A stretch of DNA of 63,984 nt, the filler included, from Octopus bimaculoides (taxonomy: Eukaryota), in NCBI RefSeq assembly GCF_001194135.2. It is 5 parts of 4 records of this genome, joined end to end, with 100 filler letters (N's around TTAATTAATTAA, not from the genome) between each part and the next. Parts side by side here need not be neighbours in the genome. Positions count along the whole stretch, not along the records: positions 26,970 to 58,732 come from NC_068984.1; 4 more parts are not named here. The stretch is one strand, 5' to 3'. The position numbers and the translations under genes are program-made. Below the pieces are notes generated by a model. The model made no database searches. It saw nothing but the letters and a program-made list of their open reading frames with translations, and had not been told where the DNA came from. Below, piece by piece: positions 36,170 through 50,375 of this stretch; the stretch's first letter is position 1, and every line of letters begins with the position of its first letter.

Positions 36170-36290
36170 CGCCTCCTCCTCCTTCTTTTTCTCCTCCTCC
36201 TTCTTTTTCTCCTCCTCCTTCTTTTTCTCCTCCTCCTTCTTTTTCTCCTCCTCCTTCTTTTTCTCCTCCTCCTTCTCCTCCTTCTTTTCC
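36170..36290. repeat. 18-bp tandem repeat (CCTTCTTTTTCTCCTCCT)n
   Basis: At least four near-perfect units; the Pro- and Glu/Lys-rich ORFs derive from it. Confidence 0.9.
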
Positions 36291-38779
36291 TTTTCTCCTC
36301 CTCCCGCTTTACTGTCTTCTTTTTGCTGTATATCTTGTTGTTGTTGGAGCTGCAAGTGTCAGAAAGTACACTTGTCTAGCTGGGGCAGGCAATATATAAC
36401 ATGTCAACATCGGTAAAATGCCAATGACGTTNNNNNNNNNNNNNNNNNNNNNNNNNNNNNNNNNNNNNNNNNNNNNNNNNNNNNNNNNNNNNNNNNNNNN
36501 NNNNNNNNNNNNNNNNNNNNNNNNNNNNNNNNNNNNNNNNNNNNNNNNNNNNNNNNNNNNNNNNNNNNNNNNNNNNNNNNNNNNNNNNNNNNNNNNNNNN
36601 NNNNNNNNNNNNNNNNNNNNNNNNNNNNNNNNNNNNNNNNNNNNNNNNNNNNNNNNNNNNNNNNNNNNNNNNNNNNNNNNNNNNNNNNNNNNNNNNNNNN
36701 NNNNNNNNNNNNNNNNNNNNNNNNNNNNNNNNNNNNNNNNNNNNNNNNNNNNNNNNNNNNNNNNNNNNNNNNNNNNNNNNNNNNNNNNNNNNNNNNNNNN
36801 NNNNNNNNNNNNNTATATACACATACATACATACATGCATACATGCATGCATGCATGTATGTATGTATGTATGTATGTATATCATGCCCCTTTCTCTGTG
36901 TGTATATATGTGAGAAGTCTGCATATTTCTGGCAGAAATTCTTTGACCCTAAATTATCAAAATACACGTTAGAAATAACTTGTACGCTCAATTTCAAATA
37001 TAAAGGGCGCCCATACTACATTGCGTATGATTTAAGTGTAATAGCCCTATTGGTGCTGCTCAGTTTTTACTAGCGTGACTATTTGCCTTATGAAAATATA
37101 AATTTAACAAGAAAATATGTCCCAGTCAAACCGTTGCTAAGGATACAGTGATGAGTTGAACATCAACAAGAGTGTAATAATATATGCGTTATCAGAAATA
37201 AAACAATTGAAGTTGAACAACACAAATAATGTTGTAACTGTTAATAAATTTCTAATGTTTACAAATAATGGCATTAGATCGATTTTTACAGATGAGCTGA
37301 TTCGAAATGATTTGCGGTATTTAGATTTGAGCCAAAGTTCAAATTTTATTGGATATAAACTCAAACTTCCTTTTTTCAGGGACGGTAAAACATAAAGCAA
37401 TCAAATATGGATTTGATTCGTCAACCCTATAGCAATAATAAAAGCGAATTGGGATTAGAATTATGAAAGTAAAGGAAGACGCTCTAGGTTTAGATTATAT
37501 CACCTTTTATTCTCGTATTGTCTCTACCGGGGTTAACTTAATTAAAATGGAAAAGAAATCTTAACAGGAAACAGAAAAATAATCGCAGTATTTAGGATAC
37601 AGAAACGAAAATTGAAAACACGAAGATCAAATTTACCACGAATACTGAACGATAGGAGCATTATGCAAAAAGAAAGCTATTATACAATATCTAGCGAGGA
37701 ATAGTGGAACACTCGTACGAATAGCTACAAAAAAGGATAAAACAAAACAAAACAACGAAAGACTAATTTCTGATGTCAAGAATGGAAAATATATATATAC
37801 AAAACAGAAGCTAAATTAAAACACAGTTACCAGACCTGGTAAGATTATTTTCATCAGTAGTCTGTCTCTTGCATGTTCTACATAACTGGAGCCCATCTCC
37901 ACTCATATCTGCACTTAATCTTTTCTTAATTCTTCTTGAAGTTATTTCAAATAGCTTCAAAATACGAACAAAATAAAAAACAAAACTCGCCAAGGTAGAC
38001 AGTATATATAAATCAGAGGCTGGGTGACATACTGTTGTGAAGAGAAAGTAGAAACGTCAACATTGATGATTTAAAAAAACAACAAACTAAAATATGGGAT
38101 AAAAATGAGGTTACAGAATGTTATACTAAAGTGTTAGATAGAAAATCCTTCCATCAAATACCTGAAAATTCCGAAAATAAAAGAGAGAAAGAAAAATACT
38201 TGCACTCGTTGAGAAGCACAGGTTTTTTTTAATGCTATAGAGTGTATAGAGCCTTCCCACCAGAAACTACTTAGGTATCTCCACATATGTAGATATTGGG
38301 AAGAGGAACATTATTTCTGGTTTCTCAGTCTTAGCCCAGAGAGAATACATATGCAAACACGACACAGTTGGGCTTTCATACATTGAAAATTAATGAAACT
38401 TTATGCAATAATGACAGGAAAAATGATGCTATAAACATACATCGGAAAGGATGACAAAGTGCCTATACTCTGAGTTATGCTATTCTGTATAGTTAAAAAT
38501 ATTGAGGAAAGTTTACCGATTATTGTTGCAAAGTATTACATTGTAGAAATATTACACCTCAGAGTAGTAATATGTCGCTCAGTGAACTACTGAAAAAAAA
38601 TCACTCAAATATAAAGAAATCTTTTGATAGTTCCCCCTCACGTGCTTCTCGGAAAAATTAACTAAGTAGAACAAATAACTAATAAATGCATTAAACACGT
38701 CATTAGTAAATGATAAACAACTCTACAGATAGAGGCAAAAGAGAGAATTATTTATAAAGGAAAGTAAAGCAAGTTTATA

Positions 38780-40260
38780 AGATGAACATTTTAAAGGTAC
38801 TTTCACCTCCATCCCTCTTCTGCTTCTTAATAAACGTGTTAAACCAGACTGGAATCATATACAAATATTGCTGGAAGACAAACAAACACCTTTTGTCTAC
38901 GGGAGGCCTAAATTTTACTCTACATATGATAAGCAAAGAGAAGCACTGCTACATGGATCTGTTGCAAGAAGTAGTTTGAGACTGGGATCTGAAATTTCGC
39001 TTTGTCAACTTTGAAGACAATAAAATTAATAAAGAACACTAAATTTATATTGATAAAGTAACAGAAATAAAGGAATTAGAGGAAACAAAAGAAAAATAAT
39101 TAGGAATCAGTGAAATGGACACGACGAAATATTAGAAACGCATTAACATTCAAAGCAAAGATAAATGGAGAAAAATAGGTAACAAATAGCAAAACAGTCC
39201 TGTCAGTAATAATATATAATTATAATTTTCTAATCTAAACACAAAATGTATTACCAAGAAACTACGAAACAAGAAAAATAATTCACCGAAAATCTGGCTT
39301 CATAAAAGTTATTTTTACCAAGAATACAGAGATGTAGGTTCTTTCTGCAACTAGAAAGCAATTGTAAACTATCCACTATAGGACTGTGAAATAGCTCGTA
39401 AAGAACAATGGAAATCCTATGAAAATACCTGCTTAACATGAAGTAAACAAAACAAAGTCTAGAAGCTAACAAATACAAAAACAGAGGTTGAAGTAAAAAA
39501 AAAAAGACGGTAGCAAAGGAAAGCAACGATAGGAAGTGCCAAAATGCTTGAAAAAAGTTTAAAAACGAGACTACATAACCTAATACTAAAATGATGGCAA
39601 AAAAGTTATTGCGTGGCCAATATGAGCAAAACAAATTAATATTAGAAATGAACGTAGAAAATAGCAGTACTGACATGCTTCAAAACTGTGATTTTCCTTC
39701 CATAAACTACAAATATATGTGATGAAGTAGAATTCACTAATTAAGTACATATTGTCATAGGCTGCTCCACCTTATCCAAAGTAGAATACACCTACAGACA
39801 TGACAGATTTGGGGTGTATATAATTTATATGTTATACCACCATTATGAAAACATCAAACAAAAAATAATAATAAATAGAATGAGGTAGTAACGTCTGAGA
39901 TCAAAATAAAGCGAGCAAACTCTGGTATACACCAATCACATCAACCACGGAGATTAACATCTTTCAGCTATTGTTCTGAAGGAGAATTAAGAAAGTAAGT
40001 TATTCCTGATTGACTTGTCAATCCCAAAATATAATGTATTTCGAAATGAAATGCAGAGATTGTTCAAATACAAGGACCTGGAAATTAGGGTAACTAAAGT
40101 TTAGGAGCAGGACACAAACAATCTCTAACAATAGATAATTTGGAAATGATTTTAAAAGAACATACAGAAGATGCGTAACTAAAACTCCAAAGACTTGCAA
40201 ACGCAGAAAATAGTATTACCAAGTACAGCATACATATTACTTCGAGTACTTTCAATATGA
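38780..40260 (+). mobile_element. highly degraded RLE-type non-LTR retrotransposon (R2/R4/NeSL-like)
   Basis: Colinear motifs across frameshifts: LSPPSLFC (SPLLF), CYMDL (YMDD), LLRGQY, HIVIGCSTLSKVEYTYRHD (zinc-knuckle region), LIDLSIP...FKYKDLEI, QKIVLPSTAYILLRVLSI*. Confidence 0.7.
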
Positions 40261-40384
40261 TTTTTTCTTAAATTCCTAACAAAATACTGTTTATACTCAA
40301 GGCATAATGAACTGCAATTGGTGGTGCAATAGAAGCACTCAATGAAAATAACACGATTATATAATAGTATAAAAATAATAATTG

Positions 40385-40610
40385 TTTCGGATTTTTGGTC
40401 AAGGCCAGCGGTTTTAGAAAGAAGGGATTATTTGGCTGCTACTTTATTTTATCGATCGCTGAGCTGAACTCGACAAAATTTCAACTCAAAACGTAAACAA
40501 TCAGAACAACAATCTCAAAACATTTTACCTGACGCACTAATATTAATAATGGTTTCAAATTTTGGTAGACGGCTATCAATTTTAGGGGAAGGAGTAACTC
40601 ATAGACAGTT
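40385..40610 (-). mobile_element. two adjacent degraded SINE family C fragments
   Basis: TTTTGGTCAAGGCCAGC...TTTATCGATC...AACTCAAAACGTAAAC, followed by a second 3' end AATGGTTTCAAATTTTGG. Confidence 0.6.
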
Positions 40611-40921
40611 TTTGCCAGGTTTTTTTCCAAATTTTAAACAGAACTTCACAAAGCCTCGTTGCTCTTCTAGATTTTTCATTTTTCAGCTAGCAACGAATTT
40701 CCAAGAGTACAAAACACACGTTTACTCTTCCATGTGTCTGACTGATTCGATGGTTGTATCTGAGGATATTCACTTGCTAACAAACTGACTGCATGAGTAG
40801 GCGATAAGTTGCTCAAAAATGTCAATGTCCAATCGCTGAGCCTCAGAAAGATTAAATCATATGAACCACTCTCTGTCTCTCAGTCTCTATCTCTTTGTCT
40901 CTCTCTTTCTCCCCCTCTCTC

Positions 40922-40978
<57 letters not shown>

Positions 40979-41059
40979 ATGTATGTGTTTGTACATCCAT
41001 CGCCTCCTATTGATCCCTCGTTATCGCCCCACTTTTCTTCAACGACCCTCTGAATCTTT

Positions 41060-41102
41060 CCGCCGCTCCAAGGGGCAGTACTGCCCACTTCGGGAAACAC
41101 TA
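41060..41102. mobile_element. hAT (Charlie-like) terminal fragment
   Basis: Reverse complement TAGTGTTTCCCGAAGTGGGCAGTACTGCCCC resembles CAGTGKTTCCCAAASTG-type hAT termini; the partner TIR was not found. Confidence 0.45.
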
Positions 41103-41613
41103 CCCTAAGGCCTTTCTTAGAGCTGAGCTTACAACAACAAACTATTGTGAGGAGAAATTTTCAAAACCAAGTATGTTCTCGGTGTAATAAGAACTTAATA
41201 CTCTGCAACTCACACCAATTTTGTACACTAATATTTCACTCTTGCCATAAAAGTGTCTCAGAATTAACTAATATTATGCAAAACATTCTTCACACAGAAT
41301 ATTCACTTATGTAGATCTACATAAATACATTCATGCGCACTTGCATTCACGCGTAAATATATGTATACATAAGCATCTATACCGGCATTGTTATCTATAC
41401 ATACATACACATAGAAAGAGATCAATATATATCGCGAAGTTCGATATTTATTTTATAAGCGGTAGCTGCGTCTTTCAGGTATGTTTATCAGTCTCTTTTA
41501 GAACCTTTTTACAAAGAAACTTCGAAGTCACTGATAATTTTTCTGAAATGCAATAAACATAAATGCATATGAATTATGTTTTACTATTTTTTTCGCTTTC
41601 CTTCTCTCCCCCC

Positions 41614-41659
<46 letters not shown>

Positions 41660-41930
41660 ACTCTCTTTCTCCCCGTTATATATACACACACATGCATTTC
41701 CACATGTATACACACATACACACATATACACATTTACATATATAAATATACATCAATATATTTTATACGCACTCAGTAAAAGCACATATATAAATATGCA
41801 TATATGCATACATATAGGAATACTTTTGCATACAAACATGGAGGAGCTTACAAATATATAATGATGGGTGCGTACGCACACACACGCTCTCGCACGCACG
41901 AATACACATATTTCTATGTGTCTGGTGGTG

Positions 41931-41977
<47 letters not shown>

Positions 41978-43734
41978 CAATTGTGAATAAATACATTATG
42001 TACATACATCTCTGTCTTGGAATACAGTTATGTTCTGAAGGTTGTTTCTGAAACTGAAAATATAAACTTTCACACTGAAGCATAGTTTTGAAGAAAGCAT
42101 TATTTACTTCGGTCACCTGCAGAAGCCATTGAAACACAGTTAAATTTTATATTAACTGTAGCCAGATGTCGATGTTAGATATAGTTCGTGCACATATACT
42201 ACGTATTCTTAATAAAACAAAATATCAAATAGCCGTAAATATAACAAGTGCAACAGACAGACACATATCTCTATCTGGTTCTCTAAATATTTTCCAAATG
42301 CTAATTTGTAACTCCTGTAAATGACATGTTGTGTAACAGTGCTATGTATCTAATATTTCTTTGGATCATAATACTGGAATACCAACCAATGGGGTTTGAA
42401 CTCAAATCTATTTTAGACATCGATTATATTGTGTTGATAGATATTTTTATCAATGTCTATATGGAAAATGTTTCCTAGGTCTTAGGAATACAGACCAGAT
42501 AAAATTACGTCTAAATTTAAAGATAGACGTTAAGGAGAAGCTGTTATTAATGAAATGCCGGCACACGTATATACTTACATCTTACGTTTGGCTCTGATAT
42601 CACATCTTGCTAAAGTCGATTTTGTCTGTCATCTACCTGAGATTAATAAAATATAAGCAAAATTTTTATTAGGAATAATTAAGAATTTCAATTAAAAGAA
42701 AACTGCAGCTCACTCAGTATTAGTTGTGAAGATATTCAATTCATCGGGTTTGGTTTTCTATAAAACAATTATGCAATGAATTTTTATTTTCTGTCTTGTT
42801 TTCGAATTGAAATGTTTACCATTAAAAAAAAATCAATCATGCATATAACAATGCTAGTGATGCTGATTACGGCCAAGAAGCATATTGTAGAAACTGGAAT
42901 AACTTCTTAAAATTTCCTTATTCTTCAAAGTAAGAATAATTTAAATATATTTCCTGTCCAACAGTCAGAACACTCATGCTTACCACAACCAAGAATTGTT
43001 TGAGAACCTGTAGGATCCTCTATAACTTTGCACTAAAAGCATTACTTCCAAAACATTGCCTTAATTGTATTTGCTTATTAATTAATTTTTAACATACAAA
43101 CACAGATTATTAAATACAATATATACAGGGTAAGCCAAATGTCACGCACCAAAACATTTGACATTTCATTTATATTTTGTTATTATCATTTATTCATTTG
43201 AGTGGTGTTTGATTAACCTCAACTGAGTGTGTTGTATAATATAAGTAATGAGCAAAAGTCAAAAAATGAAACTCAATTTCTTTAGGAAACTATGATTCTC
43301 GACGTAGCTAAAAACAATTATACGTAGGCGTTAAAAAATCTACAGCTAGACGTTAAATAATTTTTATTAAATAATGATTAAACAAAGTCTATATTTGTAA
43401 TATAACTTGTTTTAATGGATAAAATGAACCAAACTTAATGTAATGTTTGCGTTTCTTAAATTTCGGTATTGTTAAAGTCAAAAGGAACTGAGAGTTAAAT
43501 GTAGGGATTGAGAAATATATTAGAAGTTATTTGGGCGCAGCAAGTTAGGGAAACAACTCTAAAACTTCCAGCTTCTTTAAGTTTCGTCAGCGAATGAATA
43601 TATATATAAATTTATATAAATAAGGATAAGATCGATATTTAAATACCGATTTTAATGTGGTTTTAGAGTCAAGTTTTGACTACTATTTCCAGCGTGGTGG
43701 TATCTCTTAGATACCCTAAATTATAATTTTAAAT

Positions 43735-43830
<96 letters not shown>

Positions 43831-44306
43831 NNNNNNNNNNNNNNNNNNNNNNNNNNNNNNNNNNNNNNNNNNNNNNNNNNNNNNNNNNNNNNNNNNNNNN
43901 NNNNNNNNNNNNNNNNNNNNNNNNNNNNNNNNNNNNNNNNNNNNNNNNNNNNNNNNNNNNNNNNNNNNNNNNNNNNNNNNNNNNNNNNNNNNNNNNNNNN
44001 NNNNNNNNNNNNNNNNNNNNNNNNNNNNNNNNNNNNNNNNNNNNNNNNNNNNNNNNNNNNNNNNNNNNNNNNNNNNNNNNNNNNNNNNNNNNNNNNNNNN
44101 NNNNNNNNNNNNNNNNNNNNNNNNNNNNNNNNNNNNNNNNNNNNNNNNNNNNNNNNNNNNNNNNNNNNNNNNNNNNNNNNNNNNNNNNNNNNNNNNNNNN
44201 NNNNNNNNNNNNNNNNNNNNNNNNNNNNNNNNNNNNNNNNNNNNNNNNNNNNNNNNNNNNNNNNNNNNNNNNNNNNNNNNNNNNNNNNNNNNNNNNNNNN
44301 NNNNNN

Positions 44307-44357
<51 letters not shown>

Positions 44358-46414
44358 AGTTAAAATCCCACGGGAAGCGACTTTGCCTTTCAACCTACTA
44401 GGTTTCATAAAACAGGTGCTAGTCAAATACAGGGTTAATATAATCGACAAGGCAATGCAGTTAAAAAGATAGCCACGTGTCTACATTATAGGAAAAAGAA
44501 AGTTAAGTGTGTAGCACTTCCAGTTGTAAATTTGTGATTGACATCCAAATACTTGGAATTATTTGTGGGAAATGCTTAGCTACAATTCCATAAAATTGAG
44601 AGATAAATTTTTGTCGGAGGGAACACAAATCTATCACGTTATACGTTTCCAGAAGTTCAATAATCAATCTATCTTCGCAGTTCCTTTCGAGATGACAGAC
44701 ACGAAGAGAAGAAACGCCAGTACCTTCCGCTAAATTGAATACCTGTTTGGATCTACTCTTGCATTTTGATAGTTTCACCTTGATCTGAGATAGCAATCAT
44801 AATGCCAAATGAGCCAGTATGATCACTGTGTCAAATGTACCATTGTAGTCACGATGCCAAATGGGCCATTGTGATCACAGTGTCAAATGGGCCATTGTGG
44901 TGCTGTGATGGAGAGGCACCCGGTCCGATTAATGGTGTCGGTCGATATTGACACCATGGAAGTAGATTGAATACTCCGAAGAGTAAGCCACAACACACTT
45001 GTTGAATTTTCCGTGCTACTTCACGTGAATTGTGATACAGTGAGTTATCGATGCGAAGGATTGACAACGAGTAACAAGGCACCATGGTGAGTATAGAAAC
45101 TACTTTCGCGAACACGAGTGTCAGAGGCCACGGGGATAGGCACTTGAATGAGAAAACCGAAATGGAAAAGGTTTCGTACTAATGGAGATCAAGCACATGT
45201 TGAAAAGCTCTCTGACAGGCACCAGATCTGATATTGTAGCCGTTGCGCATGGCTACCCTTACATCAAAGTGAACATAGGTTAATATTAATCGAACACTCA
45301 TATATTTCTCAATCAAAAACACTTTTGTTTAAACTTCGAAAAAAGTATCTGGGTAAAAGAGCGATCCAAATATATCTCGAAATTAAGCGGTAGGCTGTCT
45401 CATAGTATTTCATGGAATTAAACTGTCCATCTTCATACAACATTCCGATATATGACGCTTCATTAAGCAATGCAGCAAAAACGTCTTGTTTCCAGCGTTC
45501 AGCTACAACAAGAAATCCACTGTCGTCTAACATTTTTCCTCTTAAGACTAATTAAGTAGTCAACGTGCGATTGCATTTCGTAATGTTACTTAGATAATTG
45601 GTATCTTACGTATCACCATATATTCCACATGAATAGTTACGACTATGGTTGGTTCAGTTTCATCGAAAGTCAATAGTACACAGAAATTTATCCATCAACA
45701 TATTGACATATAAGCATAAAAAATTTTGCCATCAATAGCCTATGAGAATGTATCGTAGCTCTTCGCTCCGCCATTCAAAACTCTGAGCGCTATAATGACA
45801 AGCTTATGGTGTTTGTTTTAATTTATAGCATATATAAATAATCCTCTATTTCTCTAATATCGAGGTCTCGTTCTTTTGTTGTTACATTTTATATATATAN
45901 NNNNNNNNNNNNNNNNNNNNNNNNNNNNNNNNNNNNNNNNNNNNNNNNNNNNNNNNNNNNNNNNNNNNNNNNNNNNNNNNNNNNNNNNNNNNNNNNNNNN
46001 NNNNNNNNNNNNNNNNNNNNNNNNNNNNNNNNNNNNNNNNNNNNNNNNNNNNNNNNNNNNNNNNNNNNNNNNNNNNNNNNNNNNNNNNNNNNNNNNNNNN
46101 NNNNNNNNNNNNNNNNNNNNNNNNNNNNNNNNNNNNNNNNNNNNNNNNNNNNNNNNNNNNNNTATGTATGGCGATATGTATATATATATATGTATATATA
46201 TATGTATATATATATATACGTATATGCATACATGCATAAACATATACATATATATACATATGTGTGTGCATTAGGGTATGTATGTATGTATGTATGTATG
46301 TATGTATGCATGCATGTATGTAAATATTGGGCTGAAAATCGAACGACGCTTCGACATTTTCCGCTGAAAAAGGGGTTTTCAAGTTAATATCTACATACTA
46401 TTATTCATAGCTTT

Positions 46415-46625
46415 ATAAAGCGACGAGATGGCAGAATCGTTAGCAAGCCGGAGAAAATGCTCAGCGGTATTTCGTCCGTCTATACGTTCTAAGTTCAAAT
46501 TTCACCCAGTTCCATTCATCCTTTCGGGGCCAATAAAATAAGTAGTAGTCAAGTACTAGGGTCAATGTAACCGACTTACCCACACCCAAAATTTCAACAC
46601 TTGTGCTTATAGTGGAAAAAAAATT
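46415..46625 (+). mobile_element. SINE family C copy
   Basis: GAGATGGCAGAATCGTTAGC...CGGTATTTCGTCCGTC...CATCCTTTCGGGG...AAATAAGTA. Confidence 0.85.
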
Positions 46626-46750
46626 ATATGTAGCGTTATGTGCGCTTCGAGATCCACTGTCGGGAAAAAATTATTTCACGTTCTCTCGAAAGTTCATAGA
46701 ATTTATATACCATCAAATATATATGTATGTGCGTGTTTGTGTGTGTGTAT

Positions 46751-47090
46751 GATGCTTATATCAGAACAGTAATGCTACATGGTAGTGAGAAAGGGACCCT
46801 ATATGCAGAATACATGCAAATATTAAAAAGAACTGAAACTAGTATGTTCTGACGGATGTGTAACATCAGTGTAGATGTATGAGAATGTGCAAGTGTATTG
46901 AGAGAAAAATTGGGAATAAGAGATATGAAATGTTGTATGCAATAAAGATTGCGCCGATATGGTTGTGTGATGCATATGGATTATGTCTGCTGCATAAAGA
47001 AGTGCGAATCGCTTCATATGGATGAAATCTGTGGAAAAAGAAGACCCAGGGAGACATGAGACGAAATGCTGAAGGCCAATTTGGAGATGA
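46751..47090 (+). mobile_element. RTE-clade LINE C-terminal remnant (second family)
   Basis: DAYIRTVMLHGSE...TETSMF*RMCNISV...SVLREKLGIRD...RLRRYGCVMHMD...CGKRRPRET*DEMLK matches the HGSETW...RLRWYGHVxRM...GRPRKTW pattern. Confidence 0.85.
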
Positions 47091-48596
47091 AAAAGACCGA
47101 GATGACTACGGCAAAAGTGAGGTCCTAAAAGGGCTTTCTGAAAAATCACGGTAGAAGCGAGGTCCTAAAAGCATTATGCTTACGAGAGGGCTGTTCCTAG
47201 CTTTGGGGGAAAGGAAACACGAGAGAATCAGTTAATTGTGATTTTATTCAACATATTTCCTTCTCAGATTCACACACACATTGCAGCGGTCCTTCAGTTT
47301 TTCTAACTCCTGTAAAAGAACTCAGGAGGTTGAACCTCCATTTAGGGCTCTCGCTGCACCCTTAAAGCCAAGAATTTCAGCACCCTTCGTATGTTTATAT
47401 AATCAACGGATCCTGCCCCTTACTCTGTACTTAGTGTCCACGTTAGTGTGTCTCTCCACCTCTCATCTCCCAACCACTCATTCATGCATCATTCTTCTAA
47501 CATTGGCAATATTCAGCTGCTATAATCACATGACAGCTGCTATAATCACATGAATCTGCACATATTTCATCCCCTTCATGCAACCAGTTTTCTCCCTCCC
47601 TTTCTGGAAAATCTTCCTTTTACTTCTTTCTATCATTCTGAATATTATCCCATCCAACTTTATTTTCCTCTGCCTCCAGTTATCTCTCCCGCTCCTCAAA
47701 GCTACATCTTAGGACTGCCACACTGCAATATTAACACTATCACATTAACGAAATGTTAGCGCCAAGCAGTGTTTAGGCATAAACAAAATTTAGGTTAGTT
47801 AAAGCATGTTTGTGATATATTTAAAATTCTAAAAGGCAAATACACTGTAGTTACCGAGGATAAAATATCTCTCTTATGGTAAAAGGTGTGAAAACACCCG
47901 GGTGTATTTTACCTTTTAGCAGTTGGAATATGTCACAGACATATTCTAACTTAAATTTCTCTGTCACATTACTATCACTCTTAACATTCTTTCATGTCTG
48001 CTATCGACCCTCCTCTACTTTTGTCCCTTTCTCGCTGTATCCCTGATCTCTATCTCTGTCTCTGTACACTTTTCTCTCATGACTCTACCACCACACAATT
48101 CCCTTAGTCTGTGATCTATCTATAGTTTTCTTATATTGCTGCTCTCCACAATTCTTGGACTACCACTTCCTCTTTCTTCAGTTATTTTTTTTTTTTACTT
48201 TCTCCTCATACAGAAATTTACCATCAACCACACTCCCAGTCTTTTTCATCATTCACTACATTCACTTCTACCCCCATATCTAACTATCAGTAACTCTACT
48301 CTCAAACCTTTATGAAATTATATACCCACCCCTCCTATTCATCAGACTGTATTTTCTCTTATACTCGCATTGTACATCAATAGTACGCTCTAATATCTTT
48401 ATCACTAACATCTTTATCTTCTTTCTAGCTACTCACAATCACTCTTGTATAATGCGGGATGGCTATGTATTTCTTCAATTGCTACAAACCCGATATAAAG
48501 CTGCCTTCGCTTCTACTACAGCTACAATCAGTTGTGAGGGATTTATGTTTCTTCTTCATCTTGCATGCTACTTTGTGGCCTTCATGACTGATGGTA

Positions 48597-48796
48597 TCAC
48601 CCAGTGCACTCTGTTAAACGAGTGGCATTAAGAAGTTTAGAAAACTTTGGCATATAAACTATACCAAAGCAGATATTGAAATTCAACGCAGTCCTGCAAG
48701 CTCTTTGGATTCTATCATATCATCTAGTCCATCCCAACATAGAAGGCATGCGTTAAATGGTGGTGATGATGATGATGGTGATGATGACGATGATTA
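48597..48796 (+). mobile_element. degraded retroposon 3' end with (GAT)n tail
   Basis: CCAGTGCACTCTG...GGCATTAAGAAG...CCAAAGCAGA...CCCAACATAGAAGGCATGCGTTAAATGGTGGTGATGATGATG; recognised by pattern only. Confidence 0.45.
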
Positions 48797-48865
48797 TGAT
48801 ACGTATTCACAGTGACTAAGAGAAAGCGAGAGAGTGTGTTTGTGTGTGTGTGTTTGTGTGCGTGC

Positions 48866-48901
<36 letters not shown>

Positions 48902-48916
48902 NNNNNNNNNNCATAC

Positions 48917-48977
<61 letters not shown>

Positions 48978-50234
48978 AAAGGAAGTCGAAAATGCCCTGA
49001 GAGACTTTTTAAAAATTCATTTAAATTAATTTAAACGCTTTCACAATTCCATGATTTTTCAAAAGTAGAACTGTGCGATTATTATCTTGTCTTAGACCTG
49101 AGTTTAAAATTTTGCTCCATTCTAGTGTGCGCGTGTTTCTAGTCTGTAAGATAAAATTTATCACCATAATGAAGTTTAATTTCGATTTTTACTACATCAC
49201 TTTTATGTCAAATATGCTAACAGGTTATTTGCTACTCTAAAGAACTCATTTAATTTTGGTGAAAAAAAAAAGCATTAAAAAGATTGATTAAACGTGATAT
49301 AGAAGTACAATTTTGAAAAAAATCTATATATATCCATCTACTTTTATATGGTATATTTCCAGTTTGCACTGTAAGATTTTTGCTAAAGAAAGAAAATACA
49401 GATTTTGGCCATAACTTTTATAAATGCAGACATTAATAAAGTATGTCTGATGGAATCAGAGGAACTATCATGCATCACTGAAACTTGAATTTACATAGAA
49501 TATTTGTGTTGAAAATGTTTTATTCTTGAAACCAGACAAGTCGATGATTCCAATGTTTCATATAATCAGCTTGCTTTAGTTCAATGTAGTCATTTCCTGG
49601 TTATGAAATTGGAATTAATAAATATCCCTTCCAACAAGTAAGAAAATATCTAGGCGAGATGTGATTACAAATGTTAAAGTCTGACATGTCTGCGTATATT
49701 CCTTGCAGTGGCTGCTGCGTTTCCGGCCTTATCCGGTGACAGATGCAGTTCTTCAAGATAAAAAGAATCTTTTACTGTTTAGGTTATTCAGATTAAAAAT
49801 GAAAGCGAGCATTTTTTTCTGTTTTTTTATGATTGCTCTTTCTGTTTAAATTCATGGAAACGATTGTGTAAATATTTCTTTAGAAAACTTTTCTCGTAAT
49901 TAATTCGATATGTCATGGGATGGGGATTAATAAAGCAGTTTCAACTCTTCAGATTCTTTCCACCGGATTTCTTGCTGTTACCTTTAATCTTTGCACTATG
50001 TTCCATACTCACTTATTGGGGAAGAAGTGTTTACTTTAGTAACATACGCTTTTTATAACGATTTCATTTTCGATTTTATAATTCTTTCTTTTTTTAACTA
50101 TTGTTATTCTTATATTTTCTTCATTAACTATACACGGAAGCATTTCTGAATTTTTTATTTACCGTTCTGATTCCATCTACAGCGTCATCACGATTCTCTT
50201 AGAAATCCAAAAATTTAACTGAAATAATTCCGCA

Positions 50235-50375
50235 CCATAGAACCCTGCAGAGATCTCTCGCAGTTCCAGTGATGATTTCTTGAGGCATTCTCTTAACATT
50301 TGTACTAATCTTTTTGAGCCAGGTTGGTAGTTGAGTGCTGGTCCTTCCAAGAGCGCCAATTACTATTGGTATTAT
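50235..50375 (-). mobile_element. RLE-type non-LTR retrotransposon extreme C-terminal remnant
   Basis: IPIVIGALGRTSTQLPTWLKKI...QEIITGTARDLCRVL matches the PIVIGALG...GTARILRRVL terminus. Confidence 0.7.

Noticed and set aside
36152-36355. Glu/Lys-rich coiled-coil ORF and proline-rich extensin-like ORF
   Set aside because: Both come from an 18-bp purine/pyrimidine tandem repeat.
38030-38071. Hammerhead-like TGTT-GTGAAGA-GAAAGTA-GAAA-CG-TC-AACA
   Set aside because: C3 is changed and no stem II can form; too weak to call.
39251-39676. 141-aa hydrophobic minus-strand ORF
   Set aside because: Shadow frame of the A-rich plus-strand RLE retrotransposon remnant.
44503-44796. Resemblance of CEDRLIIELLETYN to the Cys-loop receptor N-terminal helix
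   Set aside because: Downstream residues do not follow the receptor pattern; only a short chance-level similarity.
49690-49760. GNAAATARNI mariner-like motif and possible splice acceptors on both strands
   Set aside because: Similarity does not extend and the frames close quickly.
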